63,949 nt of DNA, filler included, from Folioceros fuciformis (GCA_049999805.1; 6 parts of 6 records of this genome joined end to end with filler, not necessarily neighbours in it), one strand, 5' to 3'. Shown: positions 14,468 through 27,000, counted from the first letter of the whole stretch. The notes: generated by a model from the sequence alone, not told the origin. Program-made: numbers and translations.

Positions 14468-14639
14468 ATTTTCGTCACCATCCTTCAGCTGTGAGAAGGG
14501 ATACGGCTGGAAATTGAAGCAGCCCACGTTCATGACGCTTATTCCAATAAAACAGTTCTTTGAATACTCTGCAAGCTATGCCGGTCCGGTCCCGTCCTCC
14601 CCCAAGGATCCGGGGTGATGCAGCTATCGGGCTACGGGC

Positions 14640-15116
14640 AACGCGCATGCCACTGTGGTTCGTCTAAAGAACCTGCTGAGACCTGCCTGGTCCCTTCCTC
14701 CATACGTTTTGTCCCTCCGGTGAGATCGAAAGCGTGGTGATGGTCGAGCTTAAATTCCTGAATCTGAAGGTGGCTGGTCCTACTACATCGACCAAGATGA
14801 GGCTAGTTGCTTAGCTGGATTAAAGTTTCACGTGAACGCTCTGCCTGCATCTGAGCGAACGAGGGGCTCTAACAATGCTGCTGGGTCGGGTCTCCACAAC
14901 TCTTTTCCTGCATTTGGTGAGTATCTGGAGTGGACGGGAATGATTAACCATCCACCTGGTCTATACCTTTTTGTTGCTATCATATCACTCTCTCCTCTTC
15001 TCTTCTCTTCTCTTGTAAGGACGGATGAATCATGTGAATTGTGCTGTGGTTTATGTGCAGGTATTGTCGCCCTTACTTCAGTGCTCGTGGTGAGTGCTTT
15101 GAACTGTGCTATGTGA
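14640..15116 (+). pseudogene. Probable decayed phytocyanin/ENODL-like GPI-anchored protein
   Basis: IPESEGGWSYYIDQDEASCLAGLKFHVNA resembles the phytocyanin G-x-YFI...C..G-K-V C-terminus; followed by a S/A/N linker and a spliced hydrophobic tail (F|GIVALTSVLV); upstream frame closed by TAA at 14751. Confidence 0.45.
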
Positions 15117-15577
15117 GGGATGCCGAAGGATAGCTCACTGACCAGTCCTAAACCTGAAGTCAGTGGTGGCTCTGCTTAAAGTAGAGAGATTCAGCGAGGG
15201 AGGAAGTCCAACGATTTCCGCATCCCCATGTCCAGATACATGTTAAGAGAGGACATGAGCAAAACCTGCAATCGTCCTGACCTAGACGCAAATTCTGGCA
15301 CCGTGAGTCCAGCTCCCAAATGTTCCCAATCGTGGAATACGACTTTAAGATACACCGAAGTCCGAAGCGTGTCTGGTCTTGCGTTTGTGTTAAAGCCGTT
15401 GCAACATAACCTTGTGCCCGGCAGTTTCACAGTGTATTCGTTACGAAGGACGCTCACATTGGTGACCTGCCGGATTGCAGATAACCTGTCCCTTTTCCCA
15501 CCGTCATCCTACCGACGGCCTCGCATTTGGCGTGCAGGGCGCTGGGCACTGGTGGCTTTGCCACCTTTGTTCGGATA

Positions 15578-18500
15578 TCAGTCGTGCTTGGTTTGCATTT
15601 GCACTAAGGAGAAGTAGGCACCGGTGTCGCCTTTGCCCATGAGCTCCTGGTGCGTGCCCTGCTCTAGAACGCGGCCCTCCTGAAGGACAGCGATGGTGTT
15701 GGCCTGCTGGATTGTGGACAGCCTGTGAGCCACGACCACCGTCGTCCTGCCCACCATGATTTTCTCCAAGGCACTCTGCACCAAGGCCTCGGATTCCGCG
15801 TCCAGAGCGCTCGTGGCCTCGTCCAGCAGCAGGATGGCCGGGTTCTTCAGCACCGCCCTGGCTATGGCAATCCGCTGCTTCTGGCCTCCCGACAGCTGAA
15901 GTCCTCTGGCGCCAGCGAAGGTGTCGTATCCGTCTGGCAGGGAGCTGCAATTCACATGAGTTCACCGCGCGTCCGACAACTTGGTCTGAATCTAGGGTAA
16001 GGGTAAGGGTGAGGGCTTTGGGCCAAGGTGCAGTGCGGGCCCACCTGATGAAGAAGTGTGCATTCGCAGCTTTAGCAGCTTCGATGACCTCGGCTTCTGT
16101 GCAGGTTGGCCTTCCGTAGGCGATGTTGTCGCGAACGGAGGTTGCAAAGAGGGTGGGCTCCTGTCCTACAAGTCCCACGTGAGCACGGAGGGCTCGGAGG
16201 TTGTAGAGGGTGATGTCTCTGCCGTCGATCAGGACTGTGCCAGCCTGGGGCTCGTAGTACCTTTCAATGAGGCTTATGATGGTGGATTTCCCTGAGCCGC
16301 TCTGCCCCACTATGGCCACGGTGCGGCCTGCTGCGATGTTCAAGTTGAAGCTCTTGAAGACCAGGATGTGGGGCCTTTCCGGGTAAGCGAAGGTGACGTT
16401 CTTGAACTCCACGTCGCCCCGGATCTTGCTGGGCTTGTAGCCCTGCGGGTCGTCAGGCTCAATTTCTGTCTTCCTGTCCAGGATTTGGAACACGGAAGCC
16501 ACAGCCTGGGAGCTTCGAGCAAGGTCAGGGGTGAGGATGACTATCGCGTCGGCCAGAATGCGTCCTGTGCCCACCACCACGAAGAAGGCTTTGATGAAAG
16601 TCCCGAAGGATGCTCTGTGGTGCTTCACCGTCTGGACCCCGAACCAGAGCATGAATGCCCACGACGAGTACAGGGCGAATATTGCTCCTCCGACAAGGAT
16701 ACCTGCCATTTGCGACTGGATCTGCGTGCGTTTGTGAGGCCCGCGGAGCTTGGAGTCGAACAGGCACATCACTTTCTCTTGGGAAGAGAAGGCTGTGATG
16801 GTGCGGAACTGGGACACAGCCTCGCCGGCTATCTGCAAGGCAGGAATGAGGAAGATGCGAGCGCCAGCATACCAATCAGGAACAAGCTTGTCAGTAGATG
16901 AGGACTCACCTTACTTGCTTCCTGTTGGCTGTCGGCAGAGATTTTGGCAAACCGGTCCAGAAACATGCGTTTGGTGGCATAGCTTAGTATGCTGAGGGGC
17001 TGCAAGGCAATCAGGACCACCGCAAGCCTCCATGACAAGGTGAATACTATGCAGTAAGCAACCGTTACGGTGCTGAGTGTGGACATGGCCAGGGCCATTT
17101 GGTCTCCAATCCAAGACCGCACCTGCGTGGGGATGACCATGGTCAAGATGAGATGAACACAACATGGTGTTCATGGGTAGGAGAGGCAGGAGCTGAGGCA
17201 ACCCAAGGCATGGAAACTTTACCATGGCTGCGTCTGAGCTGAGTCTGCTACAGACGGCCCCACTGGAGTTCTCATCTCTGTCGAACCACCCGACCTCGAA
17301 GGTAAGTATTCGATGCAGCATGCTCTTGCGCACTCTGGTTGTGAGTTCGTCTCCCATTACAGCAAAGTAGTAATGCTGTGTTACGTTGCTCAAGACACCC
17401 ACAATCATGAGTCCTGCGAAAACGCCAGCCACGATGTGCACTTCGTGCGCTGTCTTGGAGGGTTTGGAGTTGTAAAATGACTCCAGTAGCTGCCCAAGTA
17501 GGTAGGCGAAGGTCGGGTGAAGAGTTCCGTAAGCGACGGCGCCGGTAATGGCTAGCAGACCCTGTTTCCACTCTGGTGCATTCATGGCGAGGAGCCTCGT
17601 GAAGGAGACGGGCTTCTTCTCCTCGTCATATTGTGTCTCCGCCGGATGCGTGTGTTCCATCATGGACTCCACGTCGTCTCTCTCGTGTACCGCCTCACTC
17701 ACGGCCCTCCTAAACGACCCTGTTAAGGACAGCATCCTGAATGACCTGGAAAGGCTGGAGCCTCTGCTCGGATGCCTAGAGGCATGTCCAGATATTGCTT
17801 TCAAGGAGCTGTCGGAGTCTTGCCGTGCGTGACGGTGGTCACAATCTTTTGCTGGCTCTCTCTGTTGCAGTGCGATCAACGATTTGTACACACCTTCTCG
17901 GGATATCAGCTCCTGGTGGGTCCCCATCTCAATCACCACCCCGGACTGCATCACAGCTATGTTGTCAGCACTCCTGATTGTGGACAGCCGGTGAGCCACA
18001 GTTAAAGTAGTCCTTCCTTTGCTCGCCACATCTAGCGTTTCCTGCACCACTCTCTCCGATTCTGCATCCAGCGCACTGGTTGCCTCATCCAAGAGCAGGA
18101 TGGGCGGATTTTTCAGCAGCGCCCTGGCGATTGCAATTCTCTGTTTCTGACCTCCTGACATCTGAACCCCACGTTCCCCAACCTGGAGCCCGAAAGCCAC
18201 ATGGACGAAAATGTCAAGCTCCATGCCCCGGTGCCTGAGATGTGAACTTGGAGGAGGATGGGGGTTCAAGAAGATTGCTTGGAAATTTTACCTGAGTCTC
18301 GTATCCTTGAGGGCACTCGGAGATGAAAGCATGCGCATTTGCAGCCTTGGCAGCCTGCACCACCTCCTCCATGCTGGCACCGTCCTTGCCGTACAGGATA
18401 TTTTCCTTGATGGTCGTGGCGAACAGGGCTGGCTCCTGGCTCACCAGCCCGATCTGCCTCCTCAAAGACTTGAGCTGCAGTCTCCTCACGTCCACTCCGT

Positions 18501-20302
18501 CTATCAGGACCTCCCCCGCTTGGGGATCGTAAAATCTTTCCAGCAGCGCAATCGCAGTGGACTTCCCAGACCCGCTGCTGCCCACCAGGGCCACATTCAT
18601 CCCCGCCGCCACGCGCAGGCTGAAGCCCTGCAGAACCGGCACATCCGGGCGAGACGGGTAGCAGAAGCTCACGTCCCTGAACTCTATCCGCCCTTGAATG
18701 TCCTCCAGAACGTCCCCGCTGAGATCATCGGACTCGATGAGCGGCTGCCGATTTATCACTCGGAAGATGCGCTGCCCTGCGAGAGCCCCTTCTCCGAAAG
18801 CTCGGATGCTGGGAGTGGCTTGCCCCAGAGATCTGCCACACACAACACTTACATCAACCAATTCGTGATCTCACCGATCGTGACCATGACAGCAACCACA
18901 CCAGTTGCGACCTACATGGCAGAATTGATGATCAAAAAGCCGGTGAGGACGACGTCGGCACCGTTCACCTGACGCTTGGACACGAGCCTCTGCCCCACCA
19001 GGCTCATCACGGCCCAGACCAGGTACGAGAATCCCGACGAGGCGAGAGCGAAGCCTTTGGCCAGCCCCTGCTTCGCTCCCAGCTTCTTTGTCCTGGTGAG
19101 GGCGGCAGCGAAGGAGTCCACAGTCCGTTCCTCCGCGGCGAAGGAATACACAGTCCTGATGGAGGACACCGACTCTTCTGCTATCACGTTCGCCCTGTCA
19201 TACTCCTTCCGGATCTTGGCGGTGATGTCTGTCAAGGCCGCTTTGTACATGAATCCCGGTACCAGCACCACCGGCGTCAACGTGAGCGCTACCAGAGCCA
19301 GCTCCCAGCAGATGTAGAAACCCACGACGTAGGCAATGAAAAGCTGCACCACATTGGCCAGCATGTTCCCCACCTGCAACTCACAAACACCACCAGATTT
19401 GAGAACGACTTGAAGCTTTCACATCGTTCTCACCCTCATCCTGAACGTGGAGCTCACGACACGGGATTGTGCACCGTTTTCGATTGCGAGACGTGGAGGC
19501 AAGGCGTACACACCTTCTCGCTCATGGCGTCCTGGATGGCTTGGCTGTCCTTCGCCACACTGGTAACCACTTCTGCAGTGGTGGTTCCCTTGCCATCGAA
19601 GTAGCCCACCTCCTGCCTCAAGATGGCTCTCAGGTACTTGGTCCTGATGAGCGACGACTGCCTCTCCCCTACTTTTATCCAGCAGCTCACTTCTGCAACA
19701 GCTCAGTTCAACAACCGTTACGCAAGCAACTTGAAAGCATTGCAAATCACTGATCGTAACACCAAAATGCCGGCAGGCCGGCCGGCAGGTAGGCCACACT
19801 TTTGATTCAAGATCTCCACAGTCCAGCATCATCGTCGTGTCCCACTTACCCAGGTAGGCAAAAACTGCTGCAGCAATGGCGACAAACACCATGTACAAAC
19901 AGTACTGTGCACACATGCAAGCAGACTGTTAAGTCCGAGCTTGAAAGCAGGAGGAGAGATGTCCCCAAGGAAGCCTGGGTGCAGTAACATCCTTACTTTG
20001 CCGACTTGTCGTGTTAGTTCAGATGGGTTGTTCTGGAGGCTTCCGAACTTGTTGATAAGGATCCTCAACACCAACACAATGCCGGGCACCACTGCCCCTT
20101 CGCCAACCGCTCCAATGAAACCCAGCAGGATGATCACCTTGTCGTGCATGTCGGCGTACTGGAACAGATCAAGGTATCTCGCTCTGCCCGCAGGCAGCTT
20201 ACCAGCTTCACCACCTCCACCCACATCTTCCGGTCCCGAGGACACCATCTCCACTACTCTAGCAGGCCTACTCACGCCTACGGGCGCCGTGTGCGGGGGC
20301 AT
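15578..20302 (-). CDS. ABCB: Full-length ABC transporter subfamily B (P-glycoprotein/MDR, ABCB15-like), ~9 exons
   Basis: TMD-NBD-TMD-NBD; Walker A GSSGSGKS and GQSGSGKS, signatures MSGGQ and [16 protein letters not shown] twice, AHRLSTI; ATGs at 20302 and 20248. Confidence 0.96.
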
Positions 20303-21374
20303 TCAGACCCCAGAGCACAACCACTGCAGCTGTAAGGGAGGCTGGGCCAGGACTATGTGGTGCCGTGTTGGCAGCGTTGGCCAGCATCTTTAGGCTGTGA
20401 GGCGTTGTTGAGGGGAACAAACTAACCGCTGACATATGATGACCGATAGAAATGACATTTGAATACCATTGCTCTACACAGATCCTTACCCTGAGCTGAC
20501 AGGACGCCGCAAATGGGTGGGGCACGGAGCGACGAGCATGCACTGCCGACGTCCTGCCATAGACGAGGCACCACCTGCTGCAGCTCATTGGATAGGCATA
20601 CGGGACATGGTTCTGCAGTCCGCAACCCCTCTGCGGCCCTGGGTTCGCCTACGTAGGACCCGGACCGGTGGGCGTTTTGGCATGATGTCAGCTGGGCCCG
20701 TGTCACATGAATCTACCTCGAGCGCTGCACATGAGCGACATCAGCCTGAACCATGGCCGACGTTGCTCCGACATCCGACATGTCATCACACGTACTCCGC
20801 GGTGGGAGTCCCCTGCAGAAAATAGGTTTGAGTCACGATTGCCACGACCCGGTGCGGAATTGGCCTCCCCATTGTCGCGGCTTGGTCAGTAAAGAGACTG
20901 TAGATGCCTGCACGTGTCTTACGTCGGTAGGTAAGCAAGCTTTACAACAGTCATCGGTCCTGGTCAGTACATTTCTGCCCTCCACAAATCCCGCAAAGAA
21001 GCTGTGCTGTTGGGGCATGTGCGTTTGGCACAGTCGGCGTGAGGAAGAGATGGTTGCAAGCATCTCTCTGCTTACCTCCAGGTCAAAAACCATGGCGCTA
21101 AGGACACCTAGGTTACGAAGGAGGGACAGATGCGTGTAATACACATTTGCATGCAAAACCGTGGATGGCACGAGACACAGTGATTTTGTACTCATGCTCT
21201 TTCACCTACTTCTCAGCTTCGTTAGTGATGGCTACGAGAGGTACCTGCGGGTGGAAAGAGGACTCGTCAGGCTAGTGCTGGAGTTGCCAGAGGAATTTCA
21301 GAGAGGTGGTTTGATCACTGGGTGCTTCTACATAGTCTGTCAGCCAGGACCAGAGGTTGAGTTCCCGGACTCCA

Positions 21375-23292
21375 TCATGCTGTGGAGGTGCCCCACCGGA
21401 CTCCTGAGTTCACCATTTTCAAGTACGCCGAGGAAAAGTCCTTGAAGAACAGTGCCTGATCGTCTGCGTAGGCCTTTATCCATCTGCATGGAGTGCAAGG
21501 ATGTTAGATGCACTCAATGGTCATCCCTTGAAACAGTGGAAGAGCACCTCACAAAGACTTCTGAGTGGACTACTCTTACTGTTGGCATTCCTCGTCTTCA
21601 CTTATGGTTCGATCTGATGGGATGCCCATCATGGCTCCCCCACCTGCGTCGTTGTGATTCAGCAATCAGGAGCAATGAGAAGCTTCCAACCTACGGTGAA
21701 AAGGGATGACGATCAAGTGCACTGGACAAGGTCACGTACCGGAAGACCAGGGTTTCTGTGCTAGTATCTTGAAGTAAGTATTGTCGAAAACCGTGGGCTG
21801 TCCAAAACCCTTCCCACCGATCGTGTGTGCTCCGGAGAGTACGACCAATTCTTGCACCCTGTAAGTTTGCTCAACGATATTCCTCACCGCCCCGTGCAAA
21901 AGTACTTGTGTCTTCTAACTTCAAGTAGGACAAAAAAAAACACTGGGACTTGCCATATGGAAAGCTAGCTGGAAGGTCATAAGGCGTGGTCCTTTGTACT
22001 TACGAGAACCCCTTCTTCTTGAAGAGCTCCTTCAGCTGAGTTGCTGGTAGATTCTCCTCCGGGATTTGGCCCTCAGGGTCAGGCTCCCTGGAACACAGAG
22101 AGGAGCCCATCAGTTGCTCGTCATCATATGTGAGTCCAAGCAAGGGAGGACATGAAAGGGGGACCTTACGAAGAATCTAGCCGACCTAGCTTGACGTCAA
22201 TATTCGGTCCCCCGCAAATTGCCACCGCCTCTGCCCCGGCTAACGCCACAAGGTCCGCCCACGACACTGCCATCCGAGGAGGCTTCATGTTCAGGTGACG
22301 GGAGTAAGACAGTTTGAGAAGAGGGTATCCAATAGGTGGTGAGGCTTGTAGCCAGTAACCAACCAGATGACACAGCTTCGCTGTCTTCCTTGGCCTTTCG
22401 AAGGAACTACACACGACAAAAAGCGATTGTAAATGACCAGAGTGGCCTTTTCAAACCAAATCCATCCAACCTACAAAAGTGAAGAAAACCAATGGTACCT
22501 TCAAAGGTTTCTTGAGGCCAAAATTTTCCAACCTATCGAGTTCATTGAGAATGGAACCATTCATGCCTCCTGCCAAAGAAAGCCAGCAGGAGTCACATGC
22601 CGTCCTACTGGAGCTGCATTCATCGTCAGTATCAGAGTGGCCAGCTTTCAACACCTGTCTTGCTCTCTAGGTCGAACGTCCCGGCATCATGGAATGCAAG
22701 CCGAAGCATAGAGGGAGCCATAGCCTGGCTTATATACGATTGGAGTTCCGATCTGATAGTCTTCACCAAATCTTCCCTTGACAACCACGACAGTCTTACC
22801 CCCAGTGCAATGCAACCTTTCCAGCCACATAACTCAAGCCCCACTAGGTCATATGCCAACCCAGAACCTTACTCTGCAGCTTGTGCCAGGTACCCGCTCC
22901 TCCAATCTACGCCGAACCCAGAAGCAACAGAACTCCCCAGCACCAGAGCTGCTGCCAGCATTCCATGCCTCCTTCCGAAGGCTTCTGGTGCCGCCTTCGA
23001 CCTTGCTTCTGGGAATTAAACAACGCAACAACCCGTAAGCACCTCATCATTCAGACAGCAGCACGGAGACCGTCCCAGGCTCCACCTACCCAACAAGACA
23101 CCGCTGCCCATCAACAACCAGAGATGCATCACCTTGAGGGCAGGCAGCGGAACAAACGCATGCGGCCGACATACAGGACACGAGCGTGCTGGGTCTCAGA
23201 TACACCGCCTGCTTCACCCTCCCCGGGCAGACAGTGGAGGATACCCACGCTGCGCTGCAAAGCAACCCACAGGGGCTTGCAGAAGCAGCCAT
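21375..23292 (-). CDS. APX6: Ascorbate peroxidase-related protein (APx-R/APX6), plastid-targeted, multi-exon
   Basis: MLRLAFHDAGTF (F in place of the APX W), GGMNGSI, VSWADLVALAGAEAVAICGGP, LSGAHTIGGKGFG..TVFDNTYF, GIPSDR, FFKDFSSAYLKMVNSGVRW. Confidence 0.92.
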
Positions 23293-23927
23293 AGCCAGGC
23301 ACAGATCTTCCACCCACTTGCGCTACAGACCCCAGATCCACCACCCAGCAACAGCAAGAGACGAATCCGAGACGGCACGCTTCAACGGCGAGCACATTTA
23401 TTGGGCTGTCATCCACCCAGCGACATTATTGGCGTGCAGGTTTACTGGAGATGTTAATCCGCTCCTAGGCAACCTTTGTGCACCTTTCCAAGGCGGGGCA
23501 CTGATGTCTTCTGCCGGCTCTTCTGTGAACCTATGCACTGGCTGCTTTTAGGAAGATTCGCAAGGCGGGATGTCTGTAAACGGAGGATTGTCCGCACGCC
23601 GTTTTCGGGGGGTGGAGCTTTCATCGNNNNNNNNNNNNNNNNNNNNNNNNNNNNNNNNNNNNNNNNNNNNNNNNNNNNNNNNNNNNNNNNNNNNNNNNNN
23701 NNNNNNNNNNNNNNNNNNNNNNNNNNCAACAGTACCCTGTACTGCAGAGGTTCGGGCGCAGCTAGGCTCGAGGGCCCGGTCGCACGGCAGATGAGAGTGT
23801 TGGGATCACAGCTGGACGGCGAGGCAGATCGTAGCGCATTGGAGACGGATCCGAAAAATCAGCGGGGCCGTGGGCCGGTGACTGGGAAAGCCGAGAGCTC
23901 GGGAACCCGGGATCCCTGATTCCGGAC

Positions 23928-24596
23928 ATGGCTGGAGGCGGGAGAGCGCTGGATGCGAGCGGCTTTCCCCCGCCCAAGCAGGCAGAGGAGACGGCTATGG
24001 AGGTGGAGGAAGGTGCCGGGATGGAAACGGCGGAGAGCAGGAAGCGGAGGCTGGAGATGGGCATGGTGGAGTATGTGGAGAGGTACTTCTACCAGTATAG
24101 GGATCGGAGGATGCCCACCATCGTTTCTCCCAAGCGGAGCGAGCAAAACGGGAGCTTCACAATTGACATGGGAGGGGAGGTGGGAGAGGGAGATGGAGGT
24201 GGGGATGGGCGAGGGCAAGTGCAGCAGCATCCGCAGCATATGGAAGTGGAGTCTTCTTCTTCTTCCGAGGAAGAAGATGAGACATTGACGCAGAATCGAA
24301 GGCAGGCGTTGCTGATGGCCCGGCAGATGACCCTGAGATCTAACCTCCTGAGGCAGGTGGCGGGGACGTTGCCGCCCAGGCAGCCGGACACGACTCTGCC
24401 CATGGCATCTAGGGCGTTGAGGGATATGTTGAGGCGGATGTCGGATGTTGATGCCTTGACCCACCATTTGCTGGAGACGTCGAGGCAGCAGCTGCGGACC
24501 CGGACCAACTTGTTGGAGTCTTCCGGGGATGACCAGAGGTCTGGGTCTGCCGGCCCACCTGAAGGCAGTGATAGTCACCCTGATCCGCACAGATGA
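23928..24596 (+). CDS. Hypothetical intronless 222-aa protein (acidic/disordered, RKRR motif, helical C-half)
   Basis: ATG-to-stop ORF with strongly G/C-ending codons in a gene-dense island; no family recognised. Confidence 0.6.
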   Translation: MAGGGRALDASGFPPPKQAEETAMEVEEGAGMETAESRKRRLEMGMVEYVERYFYQYRDRRMPTIVSPKRSEQNGSFTIDMGGEVGEGDGGGDGRGQVQQHPQHMEVESSSSSEEEDETLTQNRRQALLMARQMTLRSNLLRQVAGTLPPRQPDTTLPMASRALRDMLRRMSDVDALTHHLLETSRQQLRTRTNLLESSGDDQRSGSAGPPEGSDSHPDPHR

Positions 24597-24788
24597 GTGT
24601 CTTGTTACTGTCGGAGGAGAACAGATTTTGTTGTTGGAGCTTGAGCAGCCGTGGTTGGCAGCTTTCTCTATGCGATTTGTGGAAAGGTTTGGTAAATTGG
24701 TGCCATGGAGCCATCTGTTGGAGACTTCTAATTTGCAGAAACATTGGATGATCACCATGTACATATGGAGCGACTCAAGATGCTTGTC

Positions 24789-26256
24789 TTATCGTTTACT
24801 TCTCTTCTTACCAGCTCCATCCGCGGCAACCCCAGCGGCGGAGGGAGGTGCTGGGTTTCTCTTCTTTGCTACTCCTACAAGGTGTGGGTCTTGGAAGTCC
24901 AAAACTTCTTCAAACTCCAAGTCCTCTAAATCCTTCGTCTCCTGCAGAGTATGTACAAGCAAGTTGTGACGGTTATCAAGTCTTTTGTTATAGACATAGT
25001 GTGGCTTAGGTTATGGACAGCATCTTACCTGGATATATTTCAGCAGATCGCGAGAGTAGATCCTTGTTGATCCCACGGTTTTGGTCAGGCTTTCGAGCAC
25101 TGTTTGTGCTACTCGAACAAGCTGCCCTTTGGCACCCACGTTTTCAATGATAATGAAAGGCTGAGAATGAATGAACACATCGTTAGTGACAGCCCATGTC
25201 TCACAATTTGCAGTCTACCAAGCTCAGCGAGTGTACCTTGCCAGGCTTCAAAATTCGCACTGCTTCACGGAGAACTCCAGCTAAGCTGCCATCGGCCACA
25301 TCACACAAGCAGTATACGCTCACCTGCTTTATCAGGACGAAGGCATCTTAGAAGAAAAAACATGGTTTTACGATGAATACTCTGCGCAGTCAACACGAGC
25401 ATGACCTACCACTGCATCCACACTGTTTGAGGGCATCCCCAAATTATCCAAAGGTCTGGCCTTCGCGACAATCGGGACACCTGCATTCAGAGCTGCTCCC
25501 TGTCTGGATAGCGTTATTGAACAATGCCATGGGAAGGACGACGCTGCCACAGAAAGAGAGGTGCGAACATCAACGAAGCCTGTTTACGATTGGAAGAAGT
25601 CCTGACCTTGTCGTTCCAGAAGCTGAGTGTTGGGCTTGGCACTGACTGCAACAACTTGCACAGTGTCTTTGGGATAGTAATACAGATTTCTGCCCTCATG
25701 TATACTCAGATCCAGAACCTTAGCTCCTCCCCTTGGCACATGCCTGGATAGCATGGCTGCAATGATATACTGTAACCAGCCGTCAGATAGGCTGGACAGA
25801 CGATTCTTCCACCGCAGAGCCGAGAGAATAAAGCAGAGCATTGAATTGAATCCTGAGACAGGAATACAAACCTGCATTTGGAAGTAAACCACGGCACGCA
25901 CAGTGGCGAATCCGAGGAGAGTGGTGACAGCCACAGCTGATGCTGCTGTATCAGGAGACACGTCAAAGGGCAACGCCATGGACAGGATGCTCCCTGGCCT
26001 CCGCCTGCGATCATGAGGACACGACATTGATCCACAATCCTGCTGCCAGCAGCCCTGCCTTCCAGGCTACAGGTCTAAGTTCCACATACCTCACCCGATT
26101 GCCACACATTCTTCGAATTCTCGGTTCAGGAGCTCGAAGCAAGAATGTCCGGGGACCGAATGCTGCAGCACAGCCGAGCCTGCAATTGCGCGTCCCATGG
26201 TAGCGGGGACAAGTTGCACCCACCCTGGGCGGAGGCGTATTGAGCACCAGCTCCAT
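24789..26256 (-). CDS. Class I SAM-dependent methyltransferase-like protein (Methyltransf_11/METTL7-like), probable transit peptide and TM segment; 5' exon structure uncertain
   Basis: Exons KVLDLSIHEGRNLYYYP|MPSNSVDAV|VSVYCLCDV...LREAVRILKPGK|PFIIIENV...|FQDPHLVGVAKK...KRSKR*. Confidence 0.82.
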
Positions 26257-26379
26257 TACAGGCAACGCAATCTCAGCTGCTCATTGCCTCTCCTTAAGCC
26301 GGGAGAAAGAAAATGGGAAGCGCCTTAGGGTTCCAGTGGTGAAGTGCTGCAAGAGACGAGCAGCGGGAAGGAATCAAGG
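26257..26379. promoter_or_regulatory. Candidate bidirectional promoter between divergent ATGs
   Basis: Only 123 bp separate the methyltransferase ATG (26256, -) and the Maf ATG (26380, +). Confidence 0.5.
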
Positions 26380-27000
26380 ATGGGATTTGAGGGGGCGAAG
26401 ATCATCCTGGGCTCGTCCTCGGTGACGAGGCAGCTGCTTCTGAAGGAGATGGGGATAGATTTCGAGGTGGTGAAGGCGGGTGTGGACGAGAGTTCCATCC
26501 GGCGGGCCAAGCCGGAGGAGCTGGTGCTGGCTCTGGCAGAGGCGAAGGCGGATACGGTCATCGCCAGACTGGAGGAGACGAGGCCGGAGCTCTTCCGGGC
26601 CGGGGCGCTCCCGCTTTTGCTCATCACGGCGGATCAGGTGGTGGTGCACGAGGGGGCCGTGAGGGAGAAGCCCAGGACGCAGGAAGAGGCCCGATCCTTC
26701 ATCCAGGGCTACTCACGCTCCCCGGCCAGCACCGTGAGCGGCATTCTGGTGACCAATCTCAGCACCGGGTTCAAGAAAGCGGGGGTGGACAGGACGGAGA
26801 TTTACTTCCACCCCATTCCGGAGAGCGTAGTGGACACGCTGGTGGAGGAGGGCGGGGTGTTCCAGGCCGCCGGGGGCCTGCTCGTGGAGCACCCGCTGGT
26901 GTCCCCGCTTGTTGCTGCCATGATCGGGCCTCTGGACAGCGTTATGGGCCTGCCCAAGGATCTCACTGCTGCACTGCTGGCGGAGGCGCTGGAGTCCTGA
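26380..27000 (+). CDS. maf: Maf-family nucleoside triphosphate pyrophosphatase (plant type, m7GTP pyrophosphatase-like), intronless
   Basis: KIILGSSS..R, DE.SIR, LAEAKA, LLITADQVV, REKP, AAGGLLVEHP, DSVMGLP. Confidence 0.94.
   Translation: MGFEGAKIILGSSSVTRQLLLKEMGIDFEVVKAGVDESSIRRAKPEELVLALAEAKADTVIARLEETRPELFRAGALPLLLITADQVVVHEGAVREKPRTQEEARSFIQGYSRSPASTVSGILVTNLSTGFKKAGVDRTEIYFHPIPESVVDTLVEEGGVFQAAGGLLVEHPLVSPLVAAMIGPLDSVMGLPKDLTAALLAEALES

Noticed and set aside
14730..15170. C/D-box snoRNA cluster (TGATG/GATGA ... CTGA words)
   Set aside because: No convincing rRNA-complementary guide or terminal stems seen; better explained as a phytocyanin relic.
18211..18972. Long antisense ORFs (18211-18972, 16368-16901, 23859-24764, 50679-51518)
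   Set aside because: Shadow frames of real coding sequence on the opposite strand.
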